Shown: in pieces, positions 38,413 to 52,590 of the stretch
Numbering within the stretch: the stretch's first letter is position 1
How the letters are laid out: each line of letters opens with the position of its first letter
Source of the DNA: Octopus sinensis
Taxonomy: Eukaryota
Assembly: GCF_006345805.1 (NCBI RefSeq)
Contig: NC_042998.1
Span: forward strand, 176,514,001 to 176,578,000
Reading direction: 5' to 3'
DNA: 64,000 nucleotides
Translations under genes and position numbers: made by a program
The notes under the pieces: model-generated
Told to the model about the DNA's origin: nothing
Databases searched by the model: none
The model's input: the letters and a program-made list of their open reading frames with translations, nothing else

Positions 38413-38881
38413 CAAAAACGAAATTTACTTAATTAATTTATCCATTTGAATTTTGTTTTTTTATTATATTTATTATGTATTTGAATTATTAACGCTCACG
38501 CTGATAAAGATAGGTATTTTTGAATCAGTATATTTGCAGCCATTTAAATGGAATTTCGTCTGGGTTTTTTTCCAAGACCCTGAAGAGGCATGTATACATA
38601 GGAATTTTTTTATAAATCAACTAGTGTATATAAGACCAAACAAATTGTGGGCTTTATCTGTTTTTTTTTTTTAATTTGTTATGTTATCTTATAAAATATT
38701 ATATTTTTTAAAGTATGTTATATTATAATGTAAATAAATTGTTAGTTTGTCAATTTCTCTATTTCATTTAAAATTTGTATTTTGCATTTATACCCTTTTA
38801 TCTGTGGTATTCTGGTATTCAACTTCTGTACCAGAGAACTGGATGTTTTATATCCCCTTGAGGGAATTGTTTTTCCTTCGT

Positions 38882-38914
<33 letters not shown>

Positions 38915-38917
<3 letters not shown>

Positions 38918-39080
38918 GACGGGCTTCTTTCAGTTTCCCTCTACCAAATCCACTCACAAGGCTTTGGTCGGCTCGAGGCTATAGTAGAAGAGATTTGCCC
39001 AAGATACCACGCATTGGGACTAAACCCGAACCATGTGGTTGGTAAGCAAGCTACTTACCACACAATCACTCCTGCGCCTA
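38915..39080 (-). mobile_element. SINE family A, 5' half
   Basis: Reverse complement starts AGGCGCAGGAGTGATTGTGTGGTAAGTAGC. Confidence 0.82.
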
Positions 39081-39862
39081 TATATATATTATAATATAAT
39101 TATGATATTGGGGAGTACCAGCTTCACAAGAAATAGGAGTGCGATGAACTCCGAAACCACAGAGAGATCTCTCTTATTTAAAACAAGCATGGTGAAAGCG
39201 GGTGGTGAATAAAAGTTATAGCTCTTACTTCTGCGAAGTCCGCAAATGGATTTGGGGATTTGTGCTAAGGGACACTAGTCCTTCCTCAGCTCAGTCTACT
39301 ACAAAAGAAGCTAAATTTGAAGACATTCACCACACCGTGCTTGCTTGTTCGTGTGAAGGCCCAAGGCACATTCCGAAACGAACTAAATGAATAATTTATA
39401 AATATATAGAGATATTACAATTAAATAATAATATTAGTGATCCAAAGCTATCCGGCAGTAGTATTATACGTTCTGCTAGATTTGCATTGGGGCTTCTGTA
39501 GTGTGTGAATGAATAATCGAATAAGTTGGAGTCAACAAGGAGCACAGCTGGACATTTACCTGGACGTTTACCTGTAATCACTACAGTTGTTTCCATGCAG
39601 CGTAGTTCTCCAGACTCGTAGATATTTCGTTACACAACCGTTTACCAAGCATTATGAGATCTAGTTGTGTTTCCTCAGGTGATATATGAATAAATATTGT
39701 CTCTGTAAACGCAAAATCTCAGCTTCAAGCGCATCTTTTCTGTCTGTTGTGGTCCGCATGGTTGTAGTAACCACTCAATGTATCAAGAAATGTGTTGTGG
39801 CTGAAAATCTGTTGATAAACTGCTTTCAATGTATGGATGGAGTGGGATGGTTGCTATGTTGA

Positions 39863-40107
39863 AGGTTAAAGGAAGGCGGCGAGCTGGCAGAAACGTTAGC
39901 ACGCCGGGCGAAATGCTTTGTGGTATTTTGTCCGCCGCTGCGTTCTGAGTTCAAATTCCGCCGAGGACGACTTTGCCTTTCATCCTTTCGGAGTCGATTA
40001 AATAAGTACCAGTTACGCACTGGGGTCGATATAATCGACTTAATCCGTTTGTCCTTGTTTGTCCTCTCTGTGTTTAGCCCCTTGTGGGTAGTAAAAAAAT
40101 AGGTATT
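39863..40107 (+). mobile_element. SINE family B, single full copy
   Basis: GGCGGCGAGCTGGCAGAAACGTTAGCAC head; central GCCTTTCATCCTTTCGGAGTCGAT domain (resembles Sauria/Meta-type SINE cores, from memory); ends AAATAGGTATT. Confidence 0.88.
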
Positions 40108-40419
40108 GGCATTCGGTTTCTTTCTCTTGTTGGTTTATTCTTCATGGTCTGTTATACTTACCATTTTCCTTGTACATGTTTCTTCAACATGTACCGGTGT
40201 ACATGTAAACTCGCCAGCAGAATGACCGGTGAATTCTCGAAGGCCAGCCAAAGATAATGGCAAGCAAATAGTGATTAGACGCTAACTTAATGTGATAAGC
40301 GTGATAAGTTCAATCAAAGGCATAACTGTATAAAGGAGAAATAAACATTGTTGAACAGCGTTTTTTTTTATGTGAAGGTGTTCATTTGAATTAGGAGAGA
40401 GAGCAGAAGGACTCATGGT

Positions 40420-40700
40420 CTACAGAGGTTTCCTCACTGGTATGACAGAATGAACATTTTCTATCACTCGGGTATTTAGTATTTTCTTGGTATTAGTGTC
40501 CAAGCGGTGAGTCTTTTCAAGTGTCTTGTTCAGTATCGCAAATTTTCGTACCACTGGGACAGCAAAAGCCTTCGAGAGTATGATCAAACTTAATACGCAG
40601 AGCTCTATGAGAATGTTCTGACCAGCTCTGATGTGAACAACAAAGGTATAGAGGAAATCAGTTTTTCTTTCCTCTGCAACTCTCACACGTAACCTTGGCA
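40420..40700 (-). pseudogene. Decayed R4/Dong-like RT C-terminal fragment
   Basis: KAFAVPVVRKFAILNKTLEKTHRLDTNTKKIL resembles the AINxFAVPVLxYxxGIIxWTxxELxxLDxKTRKIL motif also seen at 17350-17450. Confidence 0.5.
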
Positions 40701-41966
40701 TTTTCTCAACACAGCTGTTATAGCAATCACTGTGGGAATTTCTAATTTATTTATAATAGTATTAGTAGCATTATTATAAATCTAGTCTTCTCGGGTTGCA
40801 ACATAATCTGTCAGTTCATTGTTCGTCGCATCTTGCAGATAAAGTTGTTTCTTTCTTATAAGTTGTAAATGGCAACTTTCAGAAAATGCTTTCTTAGGAA
40901 TTAAAATTATTGAGCAACTGTTTTTCTAGAAAATTAACTTATGAAGTAACGAATGTATTGGGTATGGTCGTTGGTTGGATACGACTATGCTTAAAATATG
41001 GGATGCGTCCTGTTACTTGCATGATTCATGTTGCTTGATTTTCCTTCTTGGTCGGCCACATGCCACATGGACATAACGGATGAGGAAGTATCAAGCAATT
41101 CATAGATGGAGTCTAACTGAGACACTGCAAAGCGAGTTGCTCGAGACGACCAAAGCAAATGCTGACAAATGGTGGACGCAGCGACACCCTGCAACGGTGC
41201 ATGCCCCCCTCCTCTGCTACCTGATCTGACTTAAAAGTATTCAGCAACGATGGCAAAGTATCAGGTAGACACTCTAATGCACCCAGTGTAATGAAAGGAC
41301 GCTGAATCGCTGTGGAATTCTGTAAAAAGAATAAATAAACGAGATATTGATACACATAACTTACAGTGAGACTCTTATTTGATAAGTTTATGTGACATTA
41401 TGTCTTTCCGAATGAAAGACTTGAACGATTCTTGAAAGATAGATTCATTTATCACTCATAATAAATAATGACTGTTTGCACGAAACCTTTAATTTGACCA
41501 AGGAAAATGCCTTCATTTTTTTCTTTTTTCTTTTTTGCGCTAAGGACAGCACTTTCACTTTGCATAAGAAACTAAATAACGAAGACAAACAAAAAACAAA
41601 AAATAGATGAAAGATAATGATTAGGAAAGAGAGAAAATTCCAATGGCTATAAAAGCTCGCCAGCAACTAATTTTCACCAAATGGTGTGATGCTGTGCCAG
41701 TAACTAGGTCGTAGAAGTACAACGTGACTTTTTGATGCTGCATAGCAGATTCTACCATGGAAAGATAAATGAAAAGTGTTTGCAACAACCTTTGGGTGTT
41801 TGTAAATAGCAGAAAGGACTTTCACGAAATAATTGTTCCAAAATCTTTTTCTTTTGATATGTAAGGCATATAGTTGCATGCGTTCATACTTTCAATACTC
41901 GTTAGCAGATATAAAAAATAAAAAAAGACTGACCGGGTTATTATAGCAATATATAAAGACAGAGAT

Positions 41967-42960
41967 GAAAGGTGGCGAGTTGGCAGAATCGTTAGCACGC
42001 CGGGCGAACTGCGTAGCTGTATTTCGTCTGCTATTACGTTCTGAGTTCGAATTCCGCCGAGGTCGACTTTGCCTTTCATCCTTTCGGGGTCGATAAATTA
42101 AGTACCAGTTGCGCACTGGGGTCGATATAATCTACTAATCCGTTTGTCTGTCCTTGTTTGTCCCCTCTGTGTTTAGCCCCTTGTGGCTAGTAAAGAAATA
42201 GGTATTTCGTCTGCCGTTACGTTCTGAGTTCAAATTTCATCGAGGTCGACTTTGCCTTTCATCCTTTCGGGGTCGATTAAATAAGTACTAGTTACGCACT
42301 GGAGTCGATATAACCGACTTAATCCGTTTGTCTGTCCTTGTTCATCCCCTCTATGTTTAACCCCTTGTTGGTAGTAAAGAAATAGGTATTTCGTCTGCCG
42401 CTACGTTCTGAGTTCAAATTCCGCCGCGGTGGACTTTGCCTTTTATCCTTTCGGGTTCGATTAAATAAGTACCAGTTACGCACTGGGGTCGATATAATCG
42501 ACTTAATCTGTTTGTCTGCCCTTGTTTGTCCCCTCTGTGTTTAGCCCCTTGTGGGTAGTAAAGAAATAGGCATTTCAACCATCTTTACGTTCTGTGTTCA
42601 AATTTCGCCAAGGTCAATTTTGTCTTTCATCCTTTCGATGTGTCGATGAAATAGTTGTGCATTGAGATCAATGTAATCGACTTTCCCTCCTCCTCCAAAA
42701 TTGCTAGCCTTGTGCCAAAATTTGAAACCAATATTAAAACAGACAAAGGCAGCGAGCTGGCAGGATCGTTATCATACCAGGCAAATTTTTTGGAGACATT
42801 TCGTCCGTCTTTACGTTCCCAGTTCAAATTTCGCCGAGGTTGACTTTGCCCTTTCATCATATCAGATCGACAAAATAAGTACCAGTTCAGTACTGTGGTC
42901 GACGTAATTGACTTACTCACTCTCCCGAAATTGCTGGCCTTGTGCTAAAATTTGAAGCCA
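41967..42960 (+). repeat. Head-to-tail tandem array of SINE family B (about 183-bp period, then decayed units)
   Basis: Junction AAAGAAATAGG(T/C)ATTTC near 42195, 42378 and 42562; later units lack the 5' head. Confidence 0.88.
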
Positions 42961-43324
42961 ATATTAAAACAGTCATGCAAAAACAGACTAAAAAATGAAG
43001 AAAATACAAGCAATCCAAATTGTAAAATGATCCCATATAGAATTAACCACTGCATATAAGAATGTACAACGTTGTTCTCAACGAGACATAAATAAGAATA
43101 TGTAGGTTGCAAAACCTAAATATCTTAACTCTGCTTTGGCTTATTTCTTGCAGCGTAATTGAGAGATGGAAGATAAGAAGACGGATAAATCGGGGAGTGG
43201 TCAGCTCTCTGTTTCATATGTATCGATATATTTTGAATTGGATTATCTAGATTCAGTAGAGGATTCAACGGCAAGGCATGTGCAGAGGTGTTGGAGATGA
43301 AAGTGGATGCAGGGGCCTTTATAT

Positions 43325-43357
<33 letters not shown>

Positions 43358-43749
43358 TGTGTGTGAATTGCTGCTATAACTGTTGAATACATCAACTGAG
43401 CAAGGATTTAATATTAACAAGCTTGTATCATGAGCAGATAATTCAAATATATTTTCATACATTGAGACAATTTATAAATACCATACAAAATCTCCAAACA
43501 TTCAATAAATATAAATAAAAAAAAAACGAAGTAAAGGAAAAAGAAAAGAAAAGGTGAAAAATAAATTCAATATCTGCTGTTAATAAAAATATCAATGTGT
43601 TCGACCACACAGTCACAATCAAATTGTTATATCTTTGAAACAATATAACAGTTTGCATACGGAAAGTTAGCTTATATTCATAATATTTCGTGAAGGTTAT
43701 CAATGGCTTGGTTGTTGTCATTGATCAATTTTAGAATTATATTTGACAA

Positions 43750-45150
43750 AAGGTTGAGAATTAAATCTCATTGACTCACTCTTAACTTTTATTTCAAACC
43801 AAGTGTGCATTTGAACTAAAGTAATTCGTTAAGTGCTTTTAGGAATGTCATTGTGTATCGTTCTTTATGTCATTGAGTATCTATATTGTAAGTGATAGTT
43901 GCATCGTCATTAGTAGTTAGCAGAATGGGGAAAGTACTGAATTAATTGGTAATTAGTTATGTTCATTTGTGTTCTGTGTTCAAATTGTGTTCATGATGGC
44001 TTCGTGTTTCTTTCTTCCAGTATCAATAAAATCACCGCTTTCAATGTAATCACCTGCAAAATGTGTGATCTTGTGTCGATGTTAGAAAGTATTATTGTTT
44101 TCTGCAAGCATTGCTGGTTTATACAGATAATGTTCAATTATCTTCTGATAGTGTTGCTAGTCGCCTTCCGTATCTGGCTGGATTTGGATATTCTGCAAAA
44201 CTTTTATCCATTGATTGTCATGTATCCACATAAGTAACATTTGAGAATTATATTTTCTAATGCTCTGGTTTAGGTCACGCATGAGGTGGCCGTCCTAAAT
44301 TTATTGGTGGATATACCCTTGTTTGTATGTTGACGGGTAATCGCGTTTCTATTGCATCCAAGTCAGCTGTTACACAGTTCATTCAGTCAAGTATAAAATA
44401 TTTACATGTTCTACTATAATCCGTTGTTCTCTCACAGTATCAAATCTCACAGCGGGAGTCATATTATATGGAACACGAACCTTTATTTGGGTGTGATGAC
44501 ATCTGTTATTAAAAAGACAAAACAAAAACAATATCATGACTTGTTAGTGAAGTTCGAAAGGTCTGCTATTAGGAATTATGTACATTCATGGTGAGGAAGC
44601 ATCAAAATGGTTACAGTCCAGTGAGTGATATCAGTAAAAGATTTAAAGAATACAGCTGCATAAATTTGTAGTTTAGTTTACATCGTTGTAAACAGGGAGA
44701 GGTAGGTTGAGTGATCTCGCTATGGCTGGGTGGCTTTCACAGTGAATCTCGAATATAAGTACAGTTCCTTTTATACTGCAGTTTTTCAGTCATCAATAGT
44801 TTTGTGTTCAGTGTCACAAGTAAGTGTTACACCTGAGGAACAATATAACATCCTGCATACGGACAGTTGGATCAAATTCACAATGTTTTGTGGCTGCAAA
44901 GCTTCTATAGATTCCAATAAATCAATATCTGGTTTGCTCTTTAATGTGGGAAAACCATTTATTTCCTCCTCTCTAAACTCTTCAAATTCATGACTATTAC
45001 TTCATTGATAATCACAATCACTTCCATTGCGATAATTTGTTTGATAGATTTAAATAAAAAAGAATCCGCGAGTCGAAATATACAGGTCGTAGATAGTTTA
45101 GTCAGGGCTGGCAACCATTTGTATAATAAGGCAGTAGAATCCAAGGAAAT
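43750..45150 (-). pseudogene. Decayed Penelope-like element (RT thumb to GIY-YIG)
   Basis: Minus fragment NKFRTATSCVT*TRALENIILKCYLCGYM matches the C-x-T-x-N-x-I-Y-x-I-x-C-xx-C pattern; heavily interrupted. Confidence 0.35.
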
Positions 45151-46009
45151 CTGCTTCGGGAAATAGTAATACAAAGGGAGCAATGACACGCCCTAAAATT
45201 CCCCAAATATCAAAAATTGATTTCCCAGAAGATTACCAATTGGTTTAGCTGATGTCATTGTTCAGGTTCAGGCTTATGCCAGACAAAGTGTTAGGAATTA
45301 AATCTTTTGACTAGCTCTTAACTTTCATCTCAAACCAAATATACATTTGAAACAAAGTAATGTGTTGCGTGCTTTTAAGAATGTCATCTCTAATGAAACT
45401 ATGCGAAATAAATTGAGATTGTTGCAAGTCTAGGAATGCTACATCTTAAGTACTAGTGTCGTGATAAATTTATTTCATTCATGAAAGTTCTAAGAGTTGG
45501 GCGGAGAAGGCTTTTGGCCTAGAAAAGCAACTTCGCTGTAGCGTGTATGCATATAAAATATCTGGCGAAATTGAAAGATCTAGTAATAACATTTTTTGTA
45601 AAATACAGTGTACAAGATTGAACCACACTGAAATTATACATTTAAAAATATCTACCTGTATTTTTCACCAGTCTCAACACCTCGACTGCTTCAACCACAC
45701 CAGACTGGAAAATTATTTCTTGATACACAAAAGACGTTTGCAGAAGGTATAGTCGATTATATCGACTCCACTACCTGAATGATGCTCTATTAATCGATCC
45801 TGGAACGAAGAATATAAAGCTGATCCGGCAAGTCTTGAACGCAGTAGAATGTAAACAAATGCTACTGCTTATTTCTCTATTGATCCAGTGATTATGTAAT
45901 CCACCGCCCTTCTTTGACTAAATGATACACAAGAGAACGTTTCCTCATAACTGACTCCTCAGTAGCTTCAATTTCTTTTTGTCATTCATTGTGTCATAAG
46001 TAGGTGGCG

Positions 46010-46600
46010 GGATAGCTGAATCGTTAGCATGTCGGACACAGCATTTCTTCTGGCTCTTTCGCTCTGAGTTCAAATCCCATCGAAGTCGACATTTCCTTTC
46101 ATCCCCACGGCGTCGATAACATAAAATACCAGGGCGGTGAACTGGCAGAATCGTTAGCACGCCGGGCGAAATGTTTAGCGGTATTTCGTCTGCCGCTACG
46201 TTCTGAGTTCAAATTCCGCCGAGGTCGACTTTGCCTTTCATCCTTTCGGGGTCGATTAAATAAGTACCAGTTACGCACTGTGGTCGATATAATCGACTTA
46301 ATCTATTTGTCTATCCTTGTTTGTTCTCTCTGTGTTTAGCCCCTTGTGGGTAGTAAAGAAATAAGTATTTCGTCTGCCACTACGTTCTGAGTTCAAATTC
46401 CGCCGAGGTCAACTTTGACTTTCATCCTTTCGGGGTCGATTAAATAAGTACCAGTTATGCACTGGGGTCGATATACTCGACTTAATCCATTTGCCTGTCC
46501 TTGTTTGTCTTCTCTGTGTTTAGCTCCTTGTGGGTAGTAAAGAAATAGATAACATAAAGTACCAGTCAAGTACGGGGTCAATGTGATTCTTTAAACAGCT
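46010..46600 (+). repeat. Second tandem cluster of SINE family B
   Basis: Same unit and junction (AAAGAAATAAGTATTTCGTCTGCC near 46355). Confidence 0.85.
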
Positions 46601-46630
46601 TCTCTTAATTGCCAGCTTTATGCCACAACT

Positions 46631-47015
46631 TTGGAGGCGCAATGGCCCAGTGGTTAGGGCAGCGGACTCGCGGTCATAGGATCACGGTTTCGATTCCCAG
46701 ACCGGGCGTTGTGAGTGTTTATTGAGCGAAAGCACCTAAAGCTCCACGAGGCTCCGGCAGGGGATGGTGGTGATCCCTGCTGTACTCTTTCACCATAACT
46801 TTCTCTCACTCTTACTTCCTGTTTCTGTTGTACCTGTATTTCAAAGGGCCGGCCTTGTCACTCCCTATGTCACGCTGAATATCCCCGAGAACTACGTTAA
46901 GGGTACACGTGTCTGTGGAGTGCTCAGCCACTTACACGTTAATTTCTCGAGCAAGCTGTTCCGTTGATTCGGATCAACCGGAACCCTCGTCGTCGTAACC
47001 GACGGAGTGCTTCCA
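46631..47015 (+). mobile_element. tRNA-derived SINE family C, full length with a 12-bp TSD
   Basis: A box TGGCCCAGTGG, B-box-like GTTTCGATTCCC; TSD TATGCCACAACT at 46619-46630 and 47016-47027. Confidence 0.9.
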
Positions 47016-47718
47016 TATGCCACAACTAGAAAGATATTCATTCTGCCATGAGGTTTTTCAATTATGTTTAATTCTCCTGTAGTGGAGAGAAAAAACCCCA
47101 TCGTAGTGTTGTTGTTTCTACATCCATTTCCAAACCCCAACAGCCCTATTCGTAGTAGATATGCAACCGGGTTCAAAGGATCAGGGAGAGTTTATTCTCG
47201 CACCAGTCTACGAACTCACGACCCGTGAGCCTCCAGATATAAGACATCGACAAAAGTATTGTAACACCTTATCACACTTTATCACATGTACCGCTAAAAC
47301 ATTATACTTTAATTATACGTATTTAATTTAAATTCATAATTAAATGCTAATTAAATTCACATATTAGAGACAAAGTATTGATTCCCACTCGCTGTTTATT
47401 TTAAATTAATATCTTAAGTTGAGATTTCAATTTTGTTTTTGCCTTGTTTATTTTATGATTTAATTTTGTAAACTATTTTCCATTTTAATTATAATCTCCC
47501 TTTACCAAATATGGACAGGAAAAACAAACAAAAAAAAATTGTGTGACTAAAGTATATACATTCTGGCTTCTCAGACGGATTTATATTAATTTTAAAATAA
47601 TCCATAAACAGCGCCTTTTTAATCAGGAAACATTTATGCGGAATATTTATGCGTAATACATGCACATAACTACATACATACTATACACACACACAAACCT
47701 AACAGAAAAATACGCATA

Positions 47719-47760
<42 letters not shown>

Positions 47761-47904
47761 TGTGTGTATATATTTTGTATTTACACATATATATTATATG
47801 TGTGTGTGTGTATATTTTTGTATTTTTGTATACAAGCGCGCACACACACACACACACACATATATGTATATGTGTATATATACATGTGTGTGTGTGTCTG
47901 TATG

Positions 47905-47971
<67 letters not shown>

Positions 47972-47974
<3 letters not shown>

Positions 47975-48180
47975 TCAAAGGAATTCCAACTCTGTTTTTC
48001 ACGTTTTATTTATAATCTTATAATATTGATATAAGATATAAAATAATATAGTAAAAAGAAATGGAATGAAATATTAAATGTCCATTCTTATTGAACTAGT
48101 ATACTTTCTTGCATTTAGGCAATCTTCAGGTTCATATGGTTGTGGTGACAGTTGTGTCCATTGGTTTCAATGAATACATG
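47972..48180 (-). mobile_element. Short HHR-bearing repeat (HHR 48092-48134), copy 2 of the 29008-29215 family
   Basis: TGAAC-CTGAAGA-TTGC CTAAAT GCAA-GAAA-GTATAC-TA-GTTCA. Confidence 0.78.
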
Positions 48181-48229
48181 TGTGCATACATTGTATACAC
48201 ACACCTACACAAGCAGAGCCGGGTATTGG

Positions 48230-48945
48230 CGACTGCGACTGCGACTGCTTTTACTTCAACGTCCATAAGCCCTTGATCGTGAGGATATTACAGAAGTCCC
48301 TGTAATTCATTATCTCAGACGAGCATGATCCATCACAATGTATTGCCCACTATCTGCATGTTGTTCATAAAATCTCACGTCATGGGGTGAATCATGTCTT
48401 TCACTGGACTGAGTTTTAAGTAGGGCGAAATTGAGTGACATTTTTCACACTCTCTCGTTCAATAAAGGCTTGACGTGGCCAGAACGGTTGGAAATTAGAC
48501 TGTACTTGTATATAGAAATTGCAGGAAACTAGTTAGAGTTTATCAAGAAACTGTGCGGTTCTTTCCATTAGCTTTCTGCTATCCCTAACATTTACAAGAC
48601 AGTATATTGCAGTCTTCTCCGCAAGAGAGCGGGTATTTGAATTTAGCATTTTCCATCGTCTAGACGTATGTACTGATCTGAATCAGAGGTCCAACACTCA
48701 TGTGTTCTTACTGCGCGCTCGGTCATCATCTTTAGTGTTTCTCTGTCCCTTCTCTGTAATGTAAGCTAACCGTTGACCTAGTGCAAGGTTTATGCGGATA
48801 TTTGACAGAGCTAGTTTTGTCCTCCTAGGTTTTCTAATAACTACTCTAATCACATTTGCTTCGTTGGGTGCCATTTTAGTTGCATCCGACCGTGTAAGAG
48901 GCTGTACAGGATTTTCTCTGGCAACTAACGCCCACAAGCGACCTG
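48230..48945 (-). pseudogene. Possible decayed RTE-like 5' region (UTR + start of AP endonuclease)
   Basis: Minus fragments RRWKMLNSNTRSL...ERTAQFLDKL and WPRQAFIE loosely match APE N-terminal motifs. Confidence 0.3.
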
Positions 48946-49030
<85 letters not shown>

Positions 49031-49228
49031 TATATACATACATATATTTACATATATATATATGTGTATATATATATATATATATATAATATATATATAT
49101 ATACATATATTTACATATATATATACATATATAATTTACATATATATATATATACGTGTGCGTGTATATATGTATTTATGTATGCATGTATGTATGCATA
49201 TATGAATGTCTATGTGTGTATGTATATG

Positions 49229-49272
<44 letters not shown>

Positions 49273-49679
49273 TACATGTATATATATATATATGTTCATA
49301 TATATATGTGTGTGTATACACATACATATATGCATATATACATACATGCATACATACATACATACATACATACATACATACTACATACATACATACATAC
49401 ATACATACGTGAATATATATATATGGGGAAGGGCCAAAATTTGTCCCTCCTAGAACCTTCCCCGAGTAATGAAAAACTTCATGCCAAATTTGGTACAGAT
49501 TGATCCAGCGATTTGACCGTGCATAGAGGTAACACGCAGACTGAATTTTATATATGCGTGTGTGTGTGTATGAATGTATGTGTGGGTGTGTAGGTAGATA
49601 GACAGACAGACAGGCAGACAAGCAGACAGACAGGCAGGCAAACAGGCAGGCAGACAGGCAGGCAGGCAAACAGGCAGGC

Positions 49680-49920
49680 ATGGGTCCTGGCCCGAAAGTC
49701 GTCCAGAACAGGCGGGTCAGGTATTCCTCGTCGACGTCCAGGTTCGCCCCGAGATCGTCGTCATACCTCCCCTCCACTAATCCCCTATAGAATGCTTTGG
49801 TTGTGTTGAAGTCACTCAAGGTCGACCCGGGACGGTATAGTTGCTTGAGAGCAACGCGACACTCGCCGTGCCATTCGCCCTTCCTCGGCCTCTTTTTGAT
49901 CCACGACTGCAGTTCGGTCA

Positions 49921-49926
<6 letters not shown>
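49680..49926 (-). mobile_element. Internal fragment of the Tx1/L1-like LINE seen at 61789-62982
   Basis: About 94% identical by eye to 62677-62923; bounded by (GGCA/GACA)n and (GATA)n. Confidence 0.9.
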
Positions 49927-50225
<299 letters not shown>

Positions 50226-50564
50226 ATTCTTTAATTCATTTCAGTCATTGGACTGCGGCAATGCATGGATGCCACCTTGAAGTGGGTTTAATCGGACAAA
50301 TCAACCTCATTGCTATATTTTAAAGTCGTGCTCTTATTTCGAGGCGTTTTTTTACTGAAAGGATAATTTGCTGGGACCAAAACAAGTCAATGCTTGTTCT
50401 AAGCCCGTATGGGGACAAATGTAAAGACATGCACACAAACACAGACATACATACATGCAAAAATACATACATGCACACATATATACACATATATAAATAA
50501 ATATATATGTATATGTATAGCTATTTATTTATCTATCTATATACACATACACACACACGTACAC

Positions 50565-50609
<45 letters not shown>

Positions 50610-51126
50610 CACACATGCACACATATGATATATATATATGTATGTATATGCGATGGGATTCCATACAGTTTCTGTCTATCACACTTGCTCACAAGAAACT
50701 GCTCGAAAGTATAGGAGTGAATTTGAAACTACGTGGTTGCGAAACGAACTCCTTAATCACGCTCACATACACACACACATACACACACACACACATACAT
50801 ACATACATACATACATACATACACATGCACACACACACACATATATAAGCTATAAGTAAGGTAAGTAGGTTAACATGCGTGTGCGTGTGTGTGAGCGTGT
50901 GTGTGTGCGTGTGTGTGCGCTAGTGTGTGTGTGTGTGTGTGTGTGTATGTATGCATGTGTGCATTATGGTGCTATTTATAGTAGAAACAGCTGCAAGCGA
51001 ATGAAATGTTGATTACGTAATTCTCCTGTCATTCAATAAGATATTTATATACATGTGTGTGTGTGTGTGAGTATGCAGAGGGAGAGGGTGAGAGAGATAG
51101 AGATAAACAGAGCGATATATAAATAA

Positions 51127-51211
<85 letters not shown>

Positions 51212-51739
51212 ATGAAGCAGAGCTATGTCACTCACTATGTGCATCGTGTGAGTGTGTATGTGTGTATGCTTGTATGAGTGTTCATTCATATAAACATTTA
51301 CATATATATCAATCACGCTTGCATAAATTAATTGTATAATCATGCATATATTATTTTAAATCCTCTACCGGCAGATGTACATAAAAATGTGTATTTCCAT
51401 ACATATCAACTACATACATGCATATATATATATATATATATATATACATACATGTACACATATATTCTTTCATATACGCTTACAAAGATAGTTATATATT
51501 CATGCATATCAAACCAAACCAGTGTAGCTTCCACCAACTCGTTAATTCACAAATTGAAATGCCACGTGTACTAATAGAACATTGGGCTTCTCTTTTATCC
51601 GCTGGAAGGACTGAAAATTCATTAAAAAAAATTCATTCTAATCTGTGGGTGGTGATCTAACATGGCTTCCGTTGTGTTGATTGAAACAAACTGAAGAAGT
51701 AAAGATTATACGTGCATGCATACATGCGTGCATACAAAA

Positions 51740-52055
51740 TTAAAGAGTTATTGCTTCCTAACCTCCAGCATCTGTACCCAGATTTTAAATTCACGTTCAT
51801 ACCAATAGTAACTGGTTCACTAAGTTTTGTTTGTAAATGCTTAAATGTCAATCAAGAAAAAGGTGGTGTTTTCAGTAAAAGAAATTAACCATTTAATTCT
51901 CCCATTAAAAATGCAATCAGTAAGCGGAACAGTAGAAAACGCAAGACTTCTCACAAGTTAAAAAAAAATGACGTTGTTCTTGTTATCAACATTTCAATGA
52001 CGTGGCTCTGTATCGTTGCAAGAAACCAGCTCCTTCTTCACAAGAAAATTTTAAA
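51740..52055 (+). mobile_element. 3' fragment of the same RLE-type family as 2750-3105
   Basis: LQHLYPDFKFTFIPIVTGSLSFVCKCL...MQSVSGTV; shared 3' UTR AGAAACCAGCTC(C/T)TTC. Confidence 0.6.
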
Positions 52056-52288
52056 TAATTTAAGATAGAAAGGAACTGCCATGCATGCATGCATACATGC
52101 GCACATACTTTCATAGATGCATTATATATAGATTCAGTTCTTATTTCATAATGGACTTGGGAAAGGTCATAGTTGTCCTAAACAAGGAAATGTATGTATG
52201 TATGTATGTATGTATGTATGCATCTAGCTAGCTAGATAATTTCCCTTTATCTATGTAACTATATCTCTCTCCCTCTATCTCTATCTCC

Positions 52289-52326
<38 letters not shown>

Positions 52327-52457
52327 GCACATATATATATGTATATATACACATGTATATATACACATATATATATACGCACGCGTGTATTGTGTGTGTG
52401 TGTGTGCACTCAAACATACATACATACAAATACGCACATATATACATTTATGCATAC

Positions 52458-52590
52458 ACTGTGTGGTAAGAAGCTTGCTTCCCTACCACATAGTTCAGGG
52501 TTCAGTCTCACTGCGTGGCACCTTGGGCAAATGTTTTCTACTATAGCCTCGGACCGACCAAAGCCTTGTAAGTGGATTTGATAGACGAAT
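52458..52590 (+). mobile_element. SINE family A, 5' half
   Basis: TGTGTGGTAAGAAGCTTGCTTCCC...GGCACCTTGGGCAA...GCCTTGTAAGTGGATTTG. Confidence 0.8.

Noticed and set aside
40985-41010. LKIWDAS peptide as a second WD40 exon
   Set aside because: No convincing splice sites, no GH or TGSxD motif, and stops nearby.
41967-42960. Regularly spaced repeats suggestive of a CRISPR array
   Set aside because: Units are whole SINE bodies of about 183 bp with no unique spacers, there are no cas genes, and the context is eukaryotic.
43670-43710. Minus-strand TTGATAA...GAAATATTA at the end of the Penelope-like remnant
   Set aside because: U3-A8-like core, but no stem II and only 2 bp of stem I.
45920-45970. 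Minus-strand CTGAGGA-GTCAGTTATGAG-GAAACGTT
   Set aside because: G-G mismatch closing stem II and no stem I pairing; at best a heavily decayed motif.
46633-46705. tRNA-like sequence with A and B boxes
   Set aside because: It continues into a SINE body and is bounded by a 12-bp TSD, so it is a SINE head and not a tRNA gene.
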